A stretch of DNA of 64,000 nucleotides from Octopus sinensis (GCF_006345805.1 NC_043005.1:20770001-20834000), one strand, 5' to 3'. Counted from the stretch's first letter, positions 11,429-24,897 are shown. Program-made: numbers and translations. The notes: generated by a model not told the origin, from the sequence alone.

Positions 11429-13557
11429 ACTAGCAGTATCGCCCGGCGTTGCTCGAGTTTGTAAGGGAAATAACTATATAAGCATTTTTAGAGAGTTATA
11501 GCCAAAAAATAGAAAAAAAATCGTTGACTCATCGTAGGCATTTTTAGAGAGTTACTTCCCTTATATAATAGAGAAAAAATGCATTAAAATGGAAAAAAAT
11601 GATGGTAAATTCTTTTTTAAATTGTAGACTCATCGTAGACGTGCGCTAATACCCTGAAGGGCTCGATATGAATCACGACTATAAGATACCCGGTTTTGGT
11701 TAAACTGCACCGCAAAATGTGGGAATAGTTAGGAATCTAAATCGTAGGAGACAGTAACACAACCTTACTTTTATATATAACTAGCAGTATCGCCCGGCGT
11801 TGCTCGGGTTTGTAAGGGAAATAACTATATAAGCATTTTTAGAGAGTTACTTCCCTTATAGATGCCAATTCGGGCTTTCTTAGCCATTTCTGTTTTGGTG
11901 TCTTCAAGCAATGAAGTCGTTGTTCTAAAAGAACGCTGGTCTCCTTGACAACGGTTTGCGACGTTGATTTCCTTACACTCCCTTCCCCCAGCTTCACGAG
12001 GGAGGGAAGAAGGGGGAGAAGCAAACAGGTGCAGGTGTGACCATGATGTTAAATTATTTTTAAAATCGTAGACTCATCGTAGACGCGCGCTAATACTCAG
12101 ACGGGCTCGACTATCTAAATCGAAGGGGACAGACACTCACACAACTACAGTTTTATATATATAGACTATCAGTATCGCCCGGCGTTGCTCGGGTTTGTAA
12201 GGGAAATAACTATATAAGCATTTTTAGTGAGTTATAGCAAAAAAATAGCAAAAAATGCATTAAAAATGGAATAAAAAATTATGGTAATTTTTTTTTTAAT
12301 CGTTGACTCATCGTAGACATTTTTAGAGAGTTACTTCCCTTATATAATAGCGAAAATGCATTAAAATGGAATAAAAAATGATGGTAATCTTTTTTTTTAA
12401 TCATAGACTCATCGTAGACATTTTTAGAGAGTTACTCCCTTATATGATAGAGAAAAATGCATTAAAATGGAATAAAAAATGATGGTAAATTTTTTTTTAA
12501 ATCGTAGACTCACGCTAATACCCAGAAGGGCTCGATATGAATCCCGACTATAAGATACCCGCTTTTGGTTACACTGCACTGCACTGGGAGTAGTTAGGAA
12601 TCTAAATCGTAGGAGACAGACACACAACCTTACTTTTATATATAAAGATTTGTGCAACAACTAAAACATTCGGTTGTGCAAACTGTTTGCACAGGAAACC
12701 TGCCGTGTGGCGGTAATTGCCGTTTTTGTGGATCTGTTTCAGCTTTTTTAGTGACTTCAAGCCATGAAGTCGTTGTTCTAAAAGAACGCTGGTCTCCTTG
12801 ACAACGCATTACGACGTTGATTTCCTTACACTCCCTTCCCCACAGCTTCACGAGGGAGGGAAGAAGGGGGAGAAGCAACACAGGTGCAGGTGTGAGTGTG
12901 GACGCCAACTCCGCCGCCATCGACACACGAAAAAATATGCATTAATATGGAATAAAAAATGATGTTAAATTATTTTTAAAATCGTAGACTCATCGTAGAC
13001 GCGCGCTAATACCCAGACGGGCTCGATATGAATCACGACTATAAGATACCCGAATTTGGTTAAACTGCACCGCAAAATGTGGGAGTAGTTAGGAATCTAA
13101 ATCGAAGGGGACAGACACTCACACAACTACAGTTTTATATATATAGACTATCAGTATCGCCCGGCGTTGCTCGGATTTGTAAGGGAAATAACTATAAAGC
13201 ATTTTTAGAGAGTTATAGCCAAAAAGCAACAAAAAATGCATTAAAAATGGAAAAAAAATTATGGTAAATTTTTTTTTAAATCGTTGACTCATCGTAGACA
13301 TTTTTAAAGAGTTACTTCCCTTTATTAAAAAATATGCTTTAAAATGGAAAAAAATTATGGTAAATTATTTTAAAAATCGTAGACTCATCGTAGACGCGCG
13401 CTAATACCCAGAAGGGCTCGATATGAATCACGACTATAAGACACCCGGTTTTGGTTAAACTGCACCGTAAAATGTGGGAGTAATTAGGAATCTAAATCGT
13501 AGGAGACAGACACTCACACAACTTCACTTTTATATATATAGATATATATATAAAGAT
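11429..13557 (+). mobile_element. Head-to-tail array of Helitron-like non-autonomous elements, family H1
   Basis: Unit starts ACTA(G/T)CAGTATCGCCCGGCGTTGCTCG at 11429, 11780, 12165, 13147; ends ...cacacaac...ttttatatata; no TIR or TSD seen. Confidence 0.75.
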
Positions 13558-14588
13558 AAACAATCAAATGGCACAAGCATTTTCCCCAACTCAATATTGT
13601 TTTACCGTTTCGTTTGGCTTCATGTAGCTTGTATTTGTCCAACTTCCATGACAGCCCTTTACTTATAAATTTCACGATAGCAAATCTGTAATTTATGTAG
13701 ATCTGAATCACCTTTTCAAATTCGTTTGGAATTCTAAATCTATGGGCGCGAAAATCTTAAATGATTTTTGCACCCTTAGAAGAATATAAGAATAAAGTTT
13801 CGATTGTTAGATTTTCTTTAGCTTCCATATGTCTTTTCATTTCTTTGAAGTCTTCATTTGTGACACATTGGCTTCGTGGCTGAAACAGACACTTTATGTT
13901 ATTCGTAGAAATATTAATGTACAATTGGGTATTAATGACATCAACGATCAGTTCTGTTTAGAACAATCTCTAATGTTTCTTCAAATCCTCTAAAATAGTT
14001 AATAAATTAAAGAGGACAGAGTTTATTCTCAAATTCTCCAATATATATTTTTTTCTGACATTTGTTCCATGCTCTTTTGAAGGATTCCCGAAATCTTTTC
14101 AGTATCGTAACCGCCCATCACTTTATCAATAGCATTTATGTATAGATCAAATGTGTGCCAAAGATAATATTCTTTAAATGTTACCAAGAACTATGGTCTA
14201 TTAGTCGTCAAAGTAACGTATATCTGATAGCACAGACATTAATCTAACATTTAGATGGTAATGATGTACAGATTGCTGGTGGTAATCTACATTCTACACG
14301 ATAAATAACATGAACAATATTTTAAAAAAAATCCAAGTTCAAAATAATGTGAAACCAATGTTCAATCATTTTCTTTTATTTTCTACATATCTTGAAGTAT
14401 ATACAAGGCCTTTAAGTGCCCTTGGATTTATTTCTTTAAATAAAATAAATTTTTTTGCTTTAACATCAATGGTTTGTTTCAGTTGTAGTTTTACATTTTG
14501 CCACCAACGAACTTGCAGTAAATGTTACCTCATAGCCGTGCTTTCTTTTTAGTCTTTAAGCTTTTTAATAATAGATAAGGCTTTAGTA

Positions 14589-14796
14589 CAGGCGACAACC
14601 AGGGTTCCGCGAAACCTTATTGTTCCGCCAGTACAGTCCAGGGGTTCCGCAAGAAGTTACAAAACTGCTAAAATCGGCAGTAATTTTTAATTCTCATGTG
14701 CAGAAAGAAGACTATTAAATTATTGCACAGGGGTTCCCCGAGCCAGTGGAATGTTTCCTTGGGGTTCCGCTCCAGCAAAAAGATTGAAAAGCACTG
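14589..14796. mobile_element. hAT-like MITE (degenerate)
   Basis: Repeated ggttccgc motifs; right end aaaagattgaaaagcactg; left TIR degenerate, no clear TSD. Confidence 0.45.
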
Positions 14797-15299
14797 ACTT
14801 ACATAATTGGCATATTTAATCGTTTCATTTGCTAAGTTATCCGTGTAGACAAATACTTTTCAATGCGAGGAAAGCCTGATACATTCACAAATATATTTCG
14901 TTGTCCTTTAAAATCTTAGATGCAGTTGATACTCACAAAGAAAATCTTTGACAGTTTTTTCCAGGTATGGGTTTATTTATGATCTCGTATAGGGTTTGTA
15001 AAGTTATTTTTCATTTCTATATATTGTCAATAGCATTTACTGCCGTAAATTTCTTTTCGGTATGACATATTGAAATGGTGATTAAATCCATAAGTTGGAA
15101 GGTAAATGAGTAAAGGAGAGAGTTTAAGTACAATATGCATGTACATCAACTTTATTTAGAAACTTTGACACTGCGTCGAACGATCAGAATAAGTCCTTTT
15201 CTGCGTATGTGATAGATCAAATAATGCATTTCTGAGCCAAACTATTTATTTAAATATAACCTACGAAAGGTGTTTAGAACTCTTTTCTTTCGTTTGTAC

Positions 15300-15660
15300 A
15301 TGTAACTAATACGAATAGAATGTTTTTGTCAAAATGCGAACTTAACAGACTAAATAAAATGATCTGAGACAGTGAAAAGAAACTATGCACTGTTGTTGAA
15401 GTCAATTTATCTGCAGATGTAAACAATGCTGAAGATCTGTGCAAAAAAAGAAAATTTGCGCAGAACTTACGAGAATTCTGCTGGTTCTCCATCCAGACCA
15501 AAACAAGATTTCTACTGATAATACTAGAGTACTTGGTTACATAACGAACTGCCTCAGTACATAGATTGAGAAAATGGGTTTCACAAAATCAGAAAGACTA
15601 CAGCTACAAACTATCAAAACTAGTGTCAAAATATGTAAAACATTCAAGAAGTTTAGCGTA
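15300..15660 (+). mobile_element. Restriction-like-endonuclease (RLE) LINE 3' fragment
   Basis: Decayed LNR..KMI*DSEKKLCTVVEV..ADVN and ...SVKICKTFKKF*, matching the PD..E RLE C-terminus. Confidence 0.55.
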
Positions 15661-15859
15661 ATAAAATCCTCTTATGCAATGACATCTTTACCTGCATCCA
15701 CGTCTGCGTGTAAACAAAAATATGTATATATATTTATGCATGTCTATGTACATAAATACATACATACATACGTACATACAACATACGTACATACATGCGT
15801 ACGTACGTACATACATACATACATACATACATACATACATACATACAAACAAAAACTAA

Positions 15860-16262
15860 GGCAATCTTTCGTCTCTAGTAGACCTTTCCGTCGATTTCCG
15901 TTAAAATTTTTTTTTTTACGGGAACTTTTGAAGTAATGAGAGCGAAAGAGACTAAGAGAAAGCGATTGTATGACGAGGGAAATTCTTTTGAAGTTACCGT
16001 GCATGGGAAGCATTGATGTACATGTGTGTGTGTTTTTGATGGGGTGTGGGAGACACAGTATGTTGTGTAAGTGAAGTGCTTCTGTTAGAGTGTGTGAAGA
16101 GACAGAGTAATGTGTGAAAGAAAGAGATAACTGAAATTTTTTACTCGGTGTATGTGTATATGTATGTATATTACTTCAAAAGTTCCCGCAAGCCCATATG
16201 TAAAAAAAAAAAATTTTTTTACGGAATTCGACGGAAAGGTCTACTAGAGACGAAAGATCGCC
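15860..16262. mobile_element. MITE with long TIRs and 8-bp TSD (Mutator- or hAT-like)
   Basis: GGCAATCTTTCGTCTCTAGTAGACCTTTCCGTCGA... vs ...TCGACGGAAAGGTCTACTAGAGACGAAAGATCGCC; AAAACTAA directly on both sides (15852-59, 16263-70). Confidence 0.85.
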
Positions 16263-16339
16263 AAAACTAACCCTGATTGATGTCCAAATTCATATGAAAG
16301 AAACGATACTCCATTGTGACAAATTCGAAAAATAAACAA

Positions 16340-16603
16340 GCAAATCTCTCTCTGCTCTCTCTCTCTTTCTTTGCTCTCTCTCTCTCTCTCTCTTTCTTTG
16401 CTCTCTCTCTCTCTTTTTCTTATATTTTAATTGTTTGTTTATTCATGTTTCGTCTCATTCGATACACTGACCCCAACGTTTGTTTTGTTCCCTCTTTTTC
16501 TCAACTCTATGGTGAATAAAGAAATACTCTCTCTCTTTTTCTTTGCTCTTTCTCTCTCTCTCTCTCTTTCTTTGCTCTTTCTCTCTCTCTCTCTCTTTCT
16601 TTG

Positions 16604-16632
<29 letters not shown>
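16340..16632. repeat. Compound (CT)n/CTTTG microsatellite
   Basis: Direct inspection; abuts the 5' end of the Tx1-like LINE. Confidence 0.9.
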
Positions 16633-16635
<3 letters not shown>

Positions 16636-19600
16636 GGTCGTGTTATTCTTTGCTCCGCTGTGAAAGATTGTTTTTGTGCTGAAAATTGTGAAAATTTGCT
16701 GTTTTGGTTGTCGAGACCACTTCTTTTCTGCTGTTGTTGCAGAGTTTTGCTGGTGTTTCCCCCTTGTTTCAAGGGAGAAGCGGCGAAAAACATGAATTTG
16801 CCACCAATTTCTTCCGTGTCCGAGGAAAACTTTGAAAATTTGTTTGAAGGCATAAAGACGAATATGTGGGAGGAGAAAGGTAAAAGTATAGAGGCGTCTC
16901 ACGCGCGCGTTACAAAAGCAGACGACAAGATGTCTAGCGAGGCTAAATAAGAGGAAAAGTCAAAAATTAATTTTGCGAGTGTGAAAATATAGTCATAAAC
17001 AAGGAGGATTTAAAGAAATATCAAGGACTACTAAAAAAAGAAGGGATCTTTTCATTTTGAAGGCCAGATTTTTCTAGTTAACTAAATAATTTGAAACTTC
17101 GTATACTGGATAAGGTGATAATGTGAAGTTGCTCCCTCCCAGTGAATTAATTTACGCGACGGAGAGAAAAACTGATATATAAAACATATCATGTAAAAAA
17201 TTAAAAAATTGACTTCGTACCGAGGGAAGCGATAGAAAAATGCTTGAGGCCGATATGGCAAACAAACAAGCTATATAACGAGGGGTAGTCGCTTCGGCAC
17301 TGTAGAGGTGCGTTTCCCTAGCGAAGAAAAAGCTAGGGAACATTCAACAATGACATTGAAGTCGGAAGAAGTAGTTCTCCTGCCGACTTAACTTAGGAAA
17401 GAGAACTTCAAAAATCACAGTCACTGATATACAACCCAAAATAGATATGGCCTGGGTGATAGCTGCTATTCTCATAGGCAAAGAAGAAGAAATTTCAATT
17501 CTTCAATCTACATGAACTGGGTTGGACAAGATTTAGAGCTTGTCATCCAAGCAAACCCCTCAGACTTAGAAAAAATGCCCAGTTCCCTGACAATTGGAGA
17601 AAATACCAGCCTGATGGTGGTAGTCGAGGGGAGAAAGCCCAGATGTTACAAATGTGGCGAGAAAGGCCACATAAGGTCGAGCTGTAAGAAGAAGACAGCC
17701 AAAGAAAATGCAGCAGAAGAAGCAAGCACGACGCCGAAGACAACGACCACACCGCTAGAAATAGCAGCCACGTCGCGCACACCAATTTCCGAAGTACAGC
17801 CGACAGCGGGAGAAAACAACAACCAGGAGTGGGTCACTGTGGAACCTTCAAAAAGAAGACGGAAACGGAAAAACCCACCCTCTTTGGATACACAGGACTA
17901 TGCTCCGAGACAGACAAGCACACCCATAAATATAGTTGCAAACACACACGTAGCCAAAAAACACACACACACTGGAAAAAGCAAACACAAACACGCACAC
18001 ACCTACCACAAGCACATACACACCTACAAACACGCACGCTTCTACAAGCACACACACACCCACAAGCACCCCCCACTGTACAATCGCCTAATATAAAAAA
18101 GAGAAACACCTTCACGGCAATAAACAAAAATAATAAACTGTTAAGAGACCAAATTGTTTTAATGAAATCGGCGAAAAAATATATCACAACAGATGTAAAT
18201 AGTATTATTCTTGAAAATGTCGAATTTTATACCATAGACAACACTGACTATTTCGAACTAAAAAAATCTTACCTCGCAAATGACCTCGCAAACCACAACA
18301 CTCACAGACAGAAAAGAGGAGGGTAAAACTACACCCTCTCTCCCATTAAAACAGTAAGTTTTAAACATTCGACTAATTTTTCACATTCTTGTTTAAACTC
18401 GGTTGTTTAAATATTCGCGGCCTGGGGTTGTATTGGAAGCAAGGCTACCTCCTTAACGACTTTGGGTCGCATCGTTTGGATGTAGTTGTAATTACTGAAT
18501 CCAGACTGAGTGGGCTGCAGGCTTTTTCGCCCCTTCTAAATGGCTACGAGAAATACATTTCTCCCTGTTGATCGGGAGGGGGCAGGGGAGTGGCAGTGCT
18601 GGTCAGAAAAAACCTGGATTTAGAGATTAGAACTGTCTTTATAGATCTGGAAGGCAGGTTGGTCGTTTTGGATGTGACGCACAGCAATGGTAAAGTGTTC
18701 AGGCTGGTTGCTATCTATGCTCCCTGCGAAGGAAAAGCCGGGCAGAAAGATTACTTCAAAAGCCTAGAGAATTTTCTCGGCACGTCGAACACGTTAGTAT
18801 TGCTAGGTAACTTCAAATTAATTTGCGATGCACACGTAGATTATGTTGGCTTGAGAAAGAATAGGAGGGGATTACCTCACCTCAACGATCTGCTAAGTCG
18901 TTTCGAGTTGGCAGATCGATTCAGACTGGACCACCCAGACGTTCCAGCATGGACCTGGGCAAGAAACAATGGGTCGTCCAGATCTTACATAGATAGAATC
19001 ATAACTAGAAGGAAAGATAAGAAAATACTTAGCTGTCCACAACACCATATCGTCAGCTACAGCGATCACAAATTGGTGACCTGTACACTCGACATAGATA
19101 TCATGTGGAAGCTAAACAAGTCACTATTGGACTGTGAAGCCTACAGGAAGCAGATTAAAGAATTAGTAATGAGGTTGTTAACCGGATCCATTATCAACAA
19201 CAAATGGTGGCACGCCCTAAAAAGAGCCATCAAATTTGAGTCAATTAGGTTTAGCAAAGAATTAGCTAGTGCTAGAAACAAAGTTGAAAAGGAACTAGTT
19301 AAGGCAATAGATGAAGCAATGAGGTCAGGCAATGCATTGAAAGTGTTAGCGGCGAGGTTGGCACTCAACCAACATCTCAAAGCTAAATATCAAGGGTACA
19401 TTGTCAGGGCTAAGATCTGTGCAATGAGACAGGAAGGGATCAACGCAGCCGGATGGGCCTGGGTGGTAGAGTGCCAGCGTGGCAACAACTCAACCATTCG
19501 ATCTTTGACAGACCCAAATGTTTGATCAGTAAACGAACCTGTGGAGATGTGCAAGGTGTTTCACGATCATTTCGCCCAGCTATTTGAGAGGAGCGGCGGA

Positions 19601-21690
19601 CTGGAGTGCGGGGAGAAGCTCGCAGACTTCCTAGCTGGTTCACCGTGTCTATCGAGGCCGGATGCGGAATCTTGTGAGGCGTCGATCACAGCCAAGGAAG
19701 TTGAGGATGTGTTGGCAGACTGCGGCAGGGACAAATCGCCGGGACTCAATGGTCTGCCTTACGAACTCTATAGTAGCACGCCAGACTTGTTTGGGCGCCT
19801 ACTTGCATGCATGTACACCAACTGGCAGCAGAACGGGAGAATTCCTAAGTCTGTGAGCCGAGGGGTGGTAGCGCTGTTAAGAAAGGAACCAAACAAGGGG
19901 GATTTAATTGATAATTTTTGGCCCATCACTCTGCTTAATGCAGAGTTGAAGATCTTGGCCAAGGTCTTAGCAAAAAGGTTGGTGTGGGTCGTGGGTGAAC
20001 TTGTTGGCGAGGCGCAAACTTGCGCCATCCCTGGAACTACCATCCATGATCTCAACTTTCTACGCTATACCTTAGAAAGGGTAAATAGGATTCCTGGCAA
20101 GGGTGGGGCTATGGTCCACTTGGACCAATCGAGAGCGTTCGATAGGGTGGACCATCAGTATCTGGTGGTGGTCCTTGTGGCAGCTGGCTTCGGCCCGACC
20201 TTCCGTGGATGGATCAACGCTTTATACAGCAACATCGAATTGGTAGTTCAGGTGAACGGTTCCTTTTCAGAGCCGTTCCACATTGAACGTTCAGTACGTC
20301 ATGGGTGCCCTCTCTCCCCGCTTCTCTACGTTTTGGCCCTTGAGCCATTGCTGAGGAGGTTGGAAACTATGAGGGGCACTCCACAAGATCTAGGGTGCGG
20401 AAAGTCAGCTTCAGCGTATGCAGATGACATCACCGTCATTGTATCCCGAGTCGAGCACCTACAGTGGGTGGGTGAGGCCTTAAGGGATTATGAAGCAGTG
20501 GCAGGAGTGAGAGTCAACCGGGATAAATTGGTTGGCTTGCAACTCGGCACCTGGAGGGGCAAGTCGATGTCTTCCGACAGTGTTATAGGACGTTGGACAG
20601 AAGGGCCGGTTTAAATGCTTGGAATCTGGTTAGGTCCAGATCTCCAGATAAAGAAGAACTTGAGCGAGGTGGTGAGAAATGTGGCTCTCCTAACTCAGAC
20701 CTGGTCTGAGTGGAAGCTGTCCTTGAAAGGGAGGGCGGAGGTTGCAGAGGTGTTTATCGCCTCTGTAATCACTTACCGCCTGACTGTCGTGCCTTGCCCC
20801 GATTCATGGCTGAACAAGCTGGAATACATGCTCTTTCGCTTTTTGTGGAGGGGCAGCAGACCTCTTGTAAGGCGCTCTATTTGCTGCCAAAAGCTGCTTA
20901 AGGGTGAGTTAGGGATGCTGTAGCTAAAAATGTGCAGACATGCACTCAGGCTTAGGCACCTCTGGCTTTACCTGGACAGTGAGCAGGTATGGTCTCCATT
21001 CGTCAAGCTGTTATTTCCACAGTTCACATCGTTTAGCAAACTGAACCCATGGATCAAATGTAGACCGAGGTTGGGCGTGTGGCATGTAGAGTGCTGTCAG
21101 GCACTTGTGCTTCTCTCCCAGTCGGGCAATGCTGGTGGCGGAGGTACTACCTCATTCTTCTATAGAGGGTTAGTAGAGTTTAAGTGTGACGACGTCCTGG
21201 GAGAAACCCTAGGCTTCGACGAAGATCAACTGGCCAGCCTGTTCAAAAGAACATTCGGTCCGGGACCTATGGATAATTACCAAAAGTCCCTGGATGGCAA
21301 TGTTACAGAGGAGCTTTACCGGTTCGAGATAAGTTCTTTAGACATGGGTGTACACCTTCGCCGGTTTGTGCAAGATGTGAGAGGGACAGTGAAACTGTTC
21401 TGCATGCGATTGTGCAATGCCCCAAGGTGACTGAACTCTGGGCTTATGTCGAACACCTGCTGTTGCATTTGAGAAGAGTACAGGAGTGTGACGAAAGAAC
21501 TCTGGGCGAAATAAGATTAAGATTAATGAAAAAAAATAAATAACGCTGAAGCAAAGTAACACCAAATATATAGTGCATGTGTTTTTATCGGCTAAAATGG
21601 CAAAATGACCATTCCTTAATACAACAATACCCGTTTCAACACATGATTTCACATCGAAAATCTTGCAAAACAAATACATAAACGAATATA
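16633..21690 (+). mobile_element. Near full-length Tx1/L1-clade LINE, inactivated
   Basis: ORF1 with CCHC knuckle CYKCGEKGHIRSSC (17512-18096). ORF2 runs 18389 to ~21290 in one frame with stops at 18569, 19523, 20612, 20921: APE motifs (CLNIRGL, YIDRI, SDHKLV) and RT motifs (AFDRVDH, GCPLSP, YADD). Frameshifted C-terminal CARC...H...C follows. Confidence 0.9.
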
Positions 21691-21748
<58 letters not shown>

Positions 21749-21849
21749 CAGTGTACATTTAAACACATAAGAGGTATCTGTCATAGGGTTCCTTCTAGCA
21801 TGCCAGGAATCCTATAGTGGTTACCTCTTATGTGTTTAAATGTACACTG
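21749..21849. mobile_element. 101-bp hairpin MITE (Tc1/mariner-like ends, TA TSD)
   Basis: TA-CAGTGTACATTTAAACACATAAGAGGTA ... TACCTCTTATGTGTTTAAATGTACACTG-TA, perfect TIRs. Confidence 0.75.
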
Positions 21850-21943
21850 TATTTATATGAATAATATATAGTCTATTGTATAATTTTTCTAAACACTAGC
21901 CCCTAGTATTAAAATTTCTCAAATTTTTATTACCCTGGTATTA

Positions 21944-22006
<63 letters not shown>

Positions 22007-22404
22007 TATCCATATATATACATATATATATATATTTAACAAAGTAAATTTTTAAGGTACTGCATTAGTGGAAATATATATGAAAGAAGGTTTGAAAAAG
22101 CAATTTTAAAGATGTTTATTTGCTTGAGTGCTTTCACTTTTTTTGAAAAAGATTGTCAAAAGTAAAATGTTAAGCTCTGTATGATCTTTGTTGTATTAAG
22201 TACTGGTTATCACAAAAGTATTAAAATACAGAAATACATTCTTTGACAATAATAAGAAAATGTTAAAAACAGTTTACAAGAAAGTTTTTGAAAAAGTAAT
22301 CAGAACGGGACTCCAAAAAGTAGAGTTCAATAAAAATCATATTTCTTTGATAGTATATATATATATACACACACACACAGAAGGAGATATATTTAAAAAT
22401 TTAA

Positions 22405-22438
<34 letters not shown>

Positions 22439-22509
22439 GTGTAAATATATGCATATATATATTTACATTTTTAAATATATTTCCTTCTGTGTATATATAT
22501 ATATATACA

Positions 22510-23200
22510 TAGCTGGAGACTTTCTTGCTCTTCATATCCTTCATACCTTTATCTACCCTGCTACTGTCTATTGAGATTGTTGGTCCCTCTGTCAGATCCA
22601 CTTCAGGCAGGCACACCTTCTCCCATTCATTCTCTACATCTAGTAGTGTTTCATAGTGACATTTCCTAGCCTCTTCCTTTCCAGAGTTACTAACTACAAG
22701 TGATGCATCATCCATATGAAAACACTTCTCTCCCTTGATATCACAATGTTCCCTGGGACACTGTCTTGCAAGCCAAAACACTTCAAGCCTCTGGTCCTCA
22801 TGCTGTAAGACATTGGCAAACTTCTCCCTTTCTGCTTCACTCCTAGCTAAGTATACCTGCTTCCTAGCTTCCCTTCTAGCTGCCTGATGTAACTCCTTTC
22901 CAGTTCTTCCAGTCCTGTTTCTTTGTTGTAATGGCTTTGAAACCATCTTGTTTCAGTACCATGTCACCTTAGGCCTGGCTGGGGTTTGCACCAACCACAA
23001 ATTTGGTCTGCAGCACTTGGCAAGTTGTCTTGTGGGAAATTCTATGTTACAAGTCTTTAACTCCTTGTCGTTGTCGTCGTCCTCCTCCTCCTCCCAACAT
23101 ATACGTCATATAGGATGTCTCTAAATCTCTAATTAATCAAAGAATCCTTAAGTTCCCAAGGATCCTTAAGCTTCCAGGATCCTTATACTCTTTTCAGTAA
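22510..23200 (-). mobile_element. Older RTE LINE internal fragment
   Basis: ARREARKQVYLARSEAEREKFANVL..., homologous to 30900-31300. Confidence 0.75.
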
Positions 23201-23878
23201 CACCACATTGAATCTTACTATACCATCTTCAACTTTTTCTTGAAATCTTAATGCTAAATAAGGAAACACTACTACTACTACTAATACTGCTTTCTATACT
23301 AAAAGTATTAGATGAATACATTGAAGTATAGTGTATCTGAAATTTTAAATAAAATATTAGAAAGCTTTCCGGGCCAATATTTTTCCTGTGGACTGTTTAT
23401 TATAAAATCAAACTCATCCTGAAAACAGTTTTTAGCATAAGCCATCCTTCTCAAAATCCATGTAAATTCTGGTATAATATGAGTCATATTTTGAACTTCA
23501 CGTTTATGATTCAGTTGCAGATAATACATTTGTACATCCCTCTTCTGACAGTGTGCTTTTGTTTATGATTTAATGGCCATAACAACACTTATTCATCAAC
23601 GGTCTACCGAATATCACTTTGACCCTATGAAAATACATCATTCGAAGTGAGGTTATATAAATGTGTTATTTGAAACTTAAATTTTGAAATGCATTTACAA
23701 ATGATCTCAAGATGTGCTACAGTTCACATGAATCTTTTCAAGTTGTCATTTTGTGGACCAATTATTTGTTTATAATAAATTGTGTATTCAAAACAAATTT
23801 TTCACCAGATGTTTTATAATATTGAACATGTGGGTTTAAGAATGTATTTCTTGTCTTTTTTCTTTTATATTTCTCCAG

Positions 23879-24112
23879 CAAATGATGAAATTATTAAATT
23901 TAAAAATACTATGATACCAGGAGAAGATACTTTTGAACGGGTGAATAATGTGAGCTTAAAGAAGTGTGCTCAAGCTTGTAATCAAAATCCAAAATGTAAT
24001 TCTTATGAGTACCATGAAAAACACAAGTTCTGTGATCAAAGTAATGTGACTCACTTGTCTCATGAACTTCAACCCAGCAAATGGGGTTGGGATGTATACA
24101 TCGTTAACCCAG
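23879..24112 (+). CDS. Exon B1: PAN/apple domain (type B)
   Basis: Polypyrimidine tract with ctccAG at 23877-78, donor G/GTCAGT; 234 nt, phase 1-1. NDEIIKFK...CAQACNQNPKCNSYEYHEKHKFCDQSNVT...WDVYIVNP. Confidence 0.9.
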
Positions 24113-24856
24113 GTCAGTGGTGTTTGCATTTCATTTTTTTATGTGTGCTTGCATGTCAGTGTGTTTGCATTTATTGTCATATGTGTATGTATATATGTAT
24201 CTGTCTGAATGTCAGTCTTTCTGTCTATCTATCTATCTATCGCTGTCTGTCTGTACCTCTGAATTTACTGATTCTACTTTCATGGATTTCTCTGGATTTT
24301 TTTTTATGTTAATCACTCCAATTTACTACAACTTTTGAACTTTTATACTCCATACATTAATACTTTGCCATACTCACTCCTCTTAATTTTAATTTTTTTC
24401 TTCTCTTCTTCCTTGTTTCTCTTTTTCATTTTTTCTTTTTAACTGTTTCCTTCTTTTTCTCTCCTTTTTTCCTCATTTTTCCACCATGCCTAATTACAAA
24501 TCCTTCCGCTTACACCTTCATCACCGTAGAAAGAAACACCTTTCCATGCTTCCTTTCCACTGCTTTCTACCTTCTATTAATCTTTCCCTAGTGGTTTTCA
24601 AGAAAAAACACTCTTCTGTAGTCATGCTTCCTTTCTCAGATGCTGCCAAAGGTTTCCGCCTCCATTTCCTCCTGACTTATCATTCTGCCTCTGCCATCCT
24701 ACGCTTACACTGCATCACTTCCTACTGCCTTATGTGTGCCACCACAAATTGATGATTTCAATGTGCAGTGAGGTTACGGAATTTGAGCAATGGCACATTT
24801 GCGCTCAATTGAACATTTTGTTGGGTCAATCATGATTAATAGATGACCTATATGTA

Positions 24857-24897
<41 letters not shown>

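Noticed and set aside
15425-15475. CTGAAGA followed by a 10-bp hairpin as a hammerhead
   Set aside because: No GAAA directly after the stem, no stem I or III; lies in a decayed LINE frame.
23782-23878. Hydrophobic ORF extensions upstream of exons read as signal peptides (also 33147, 42671, 60621)
   Set aside because: They are polypyrimidine tracts and intron sequence preceding clear AG acceptors.
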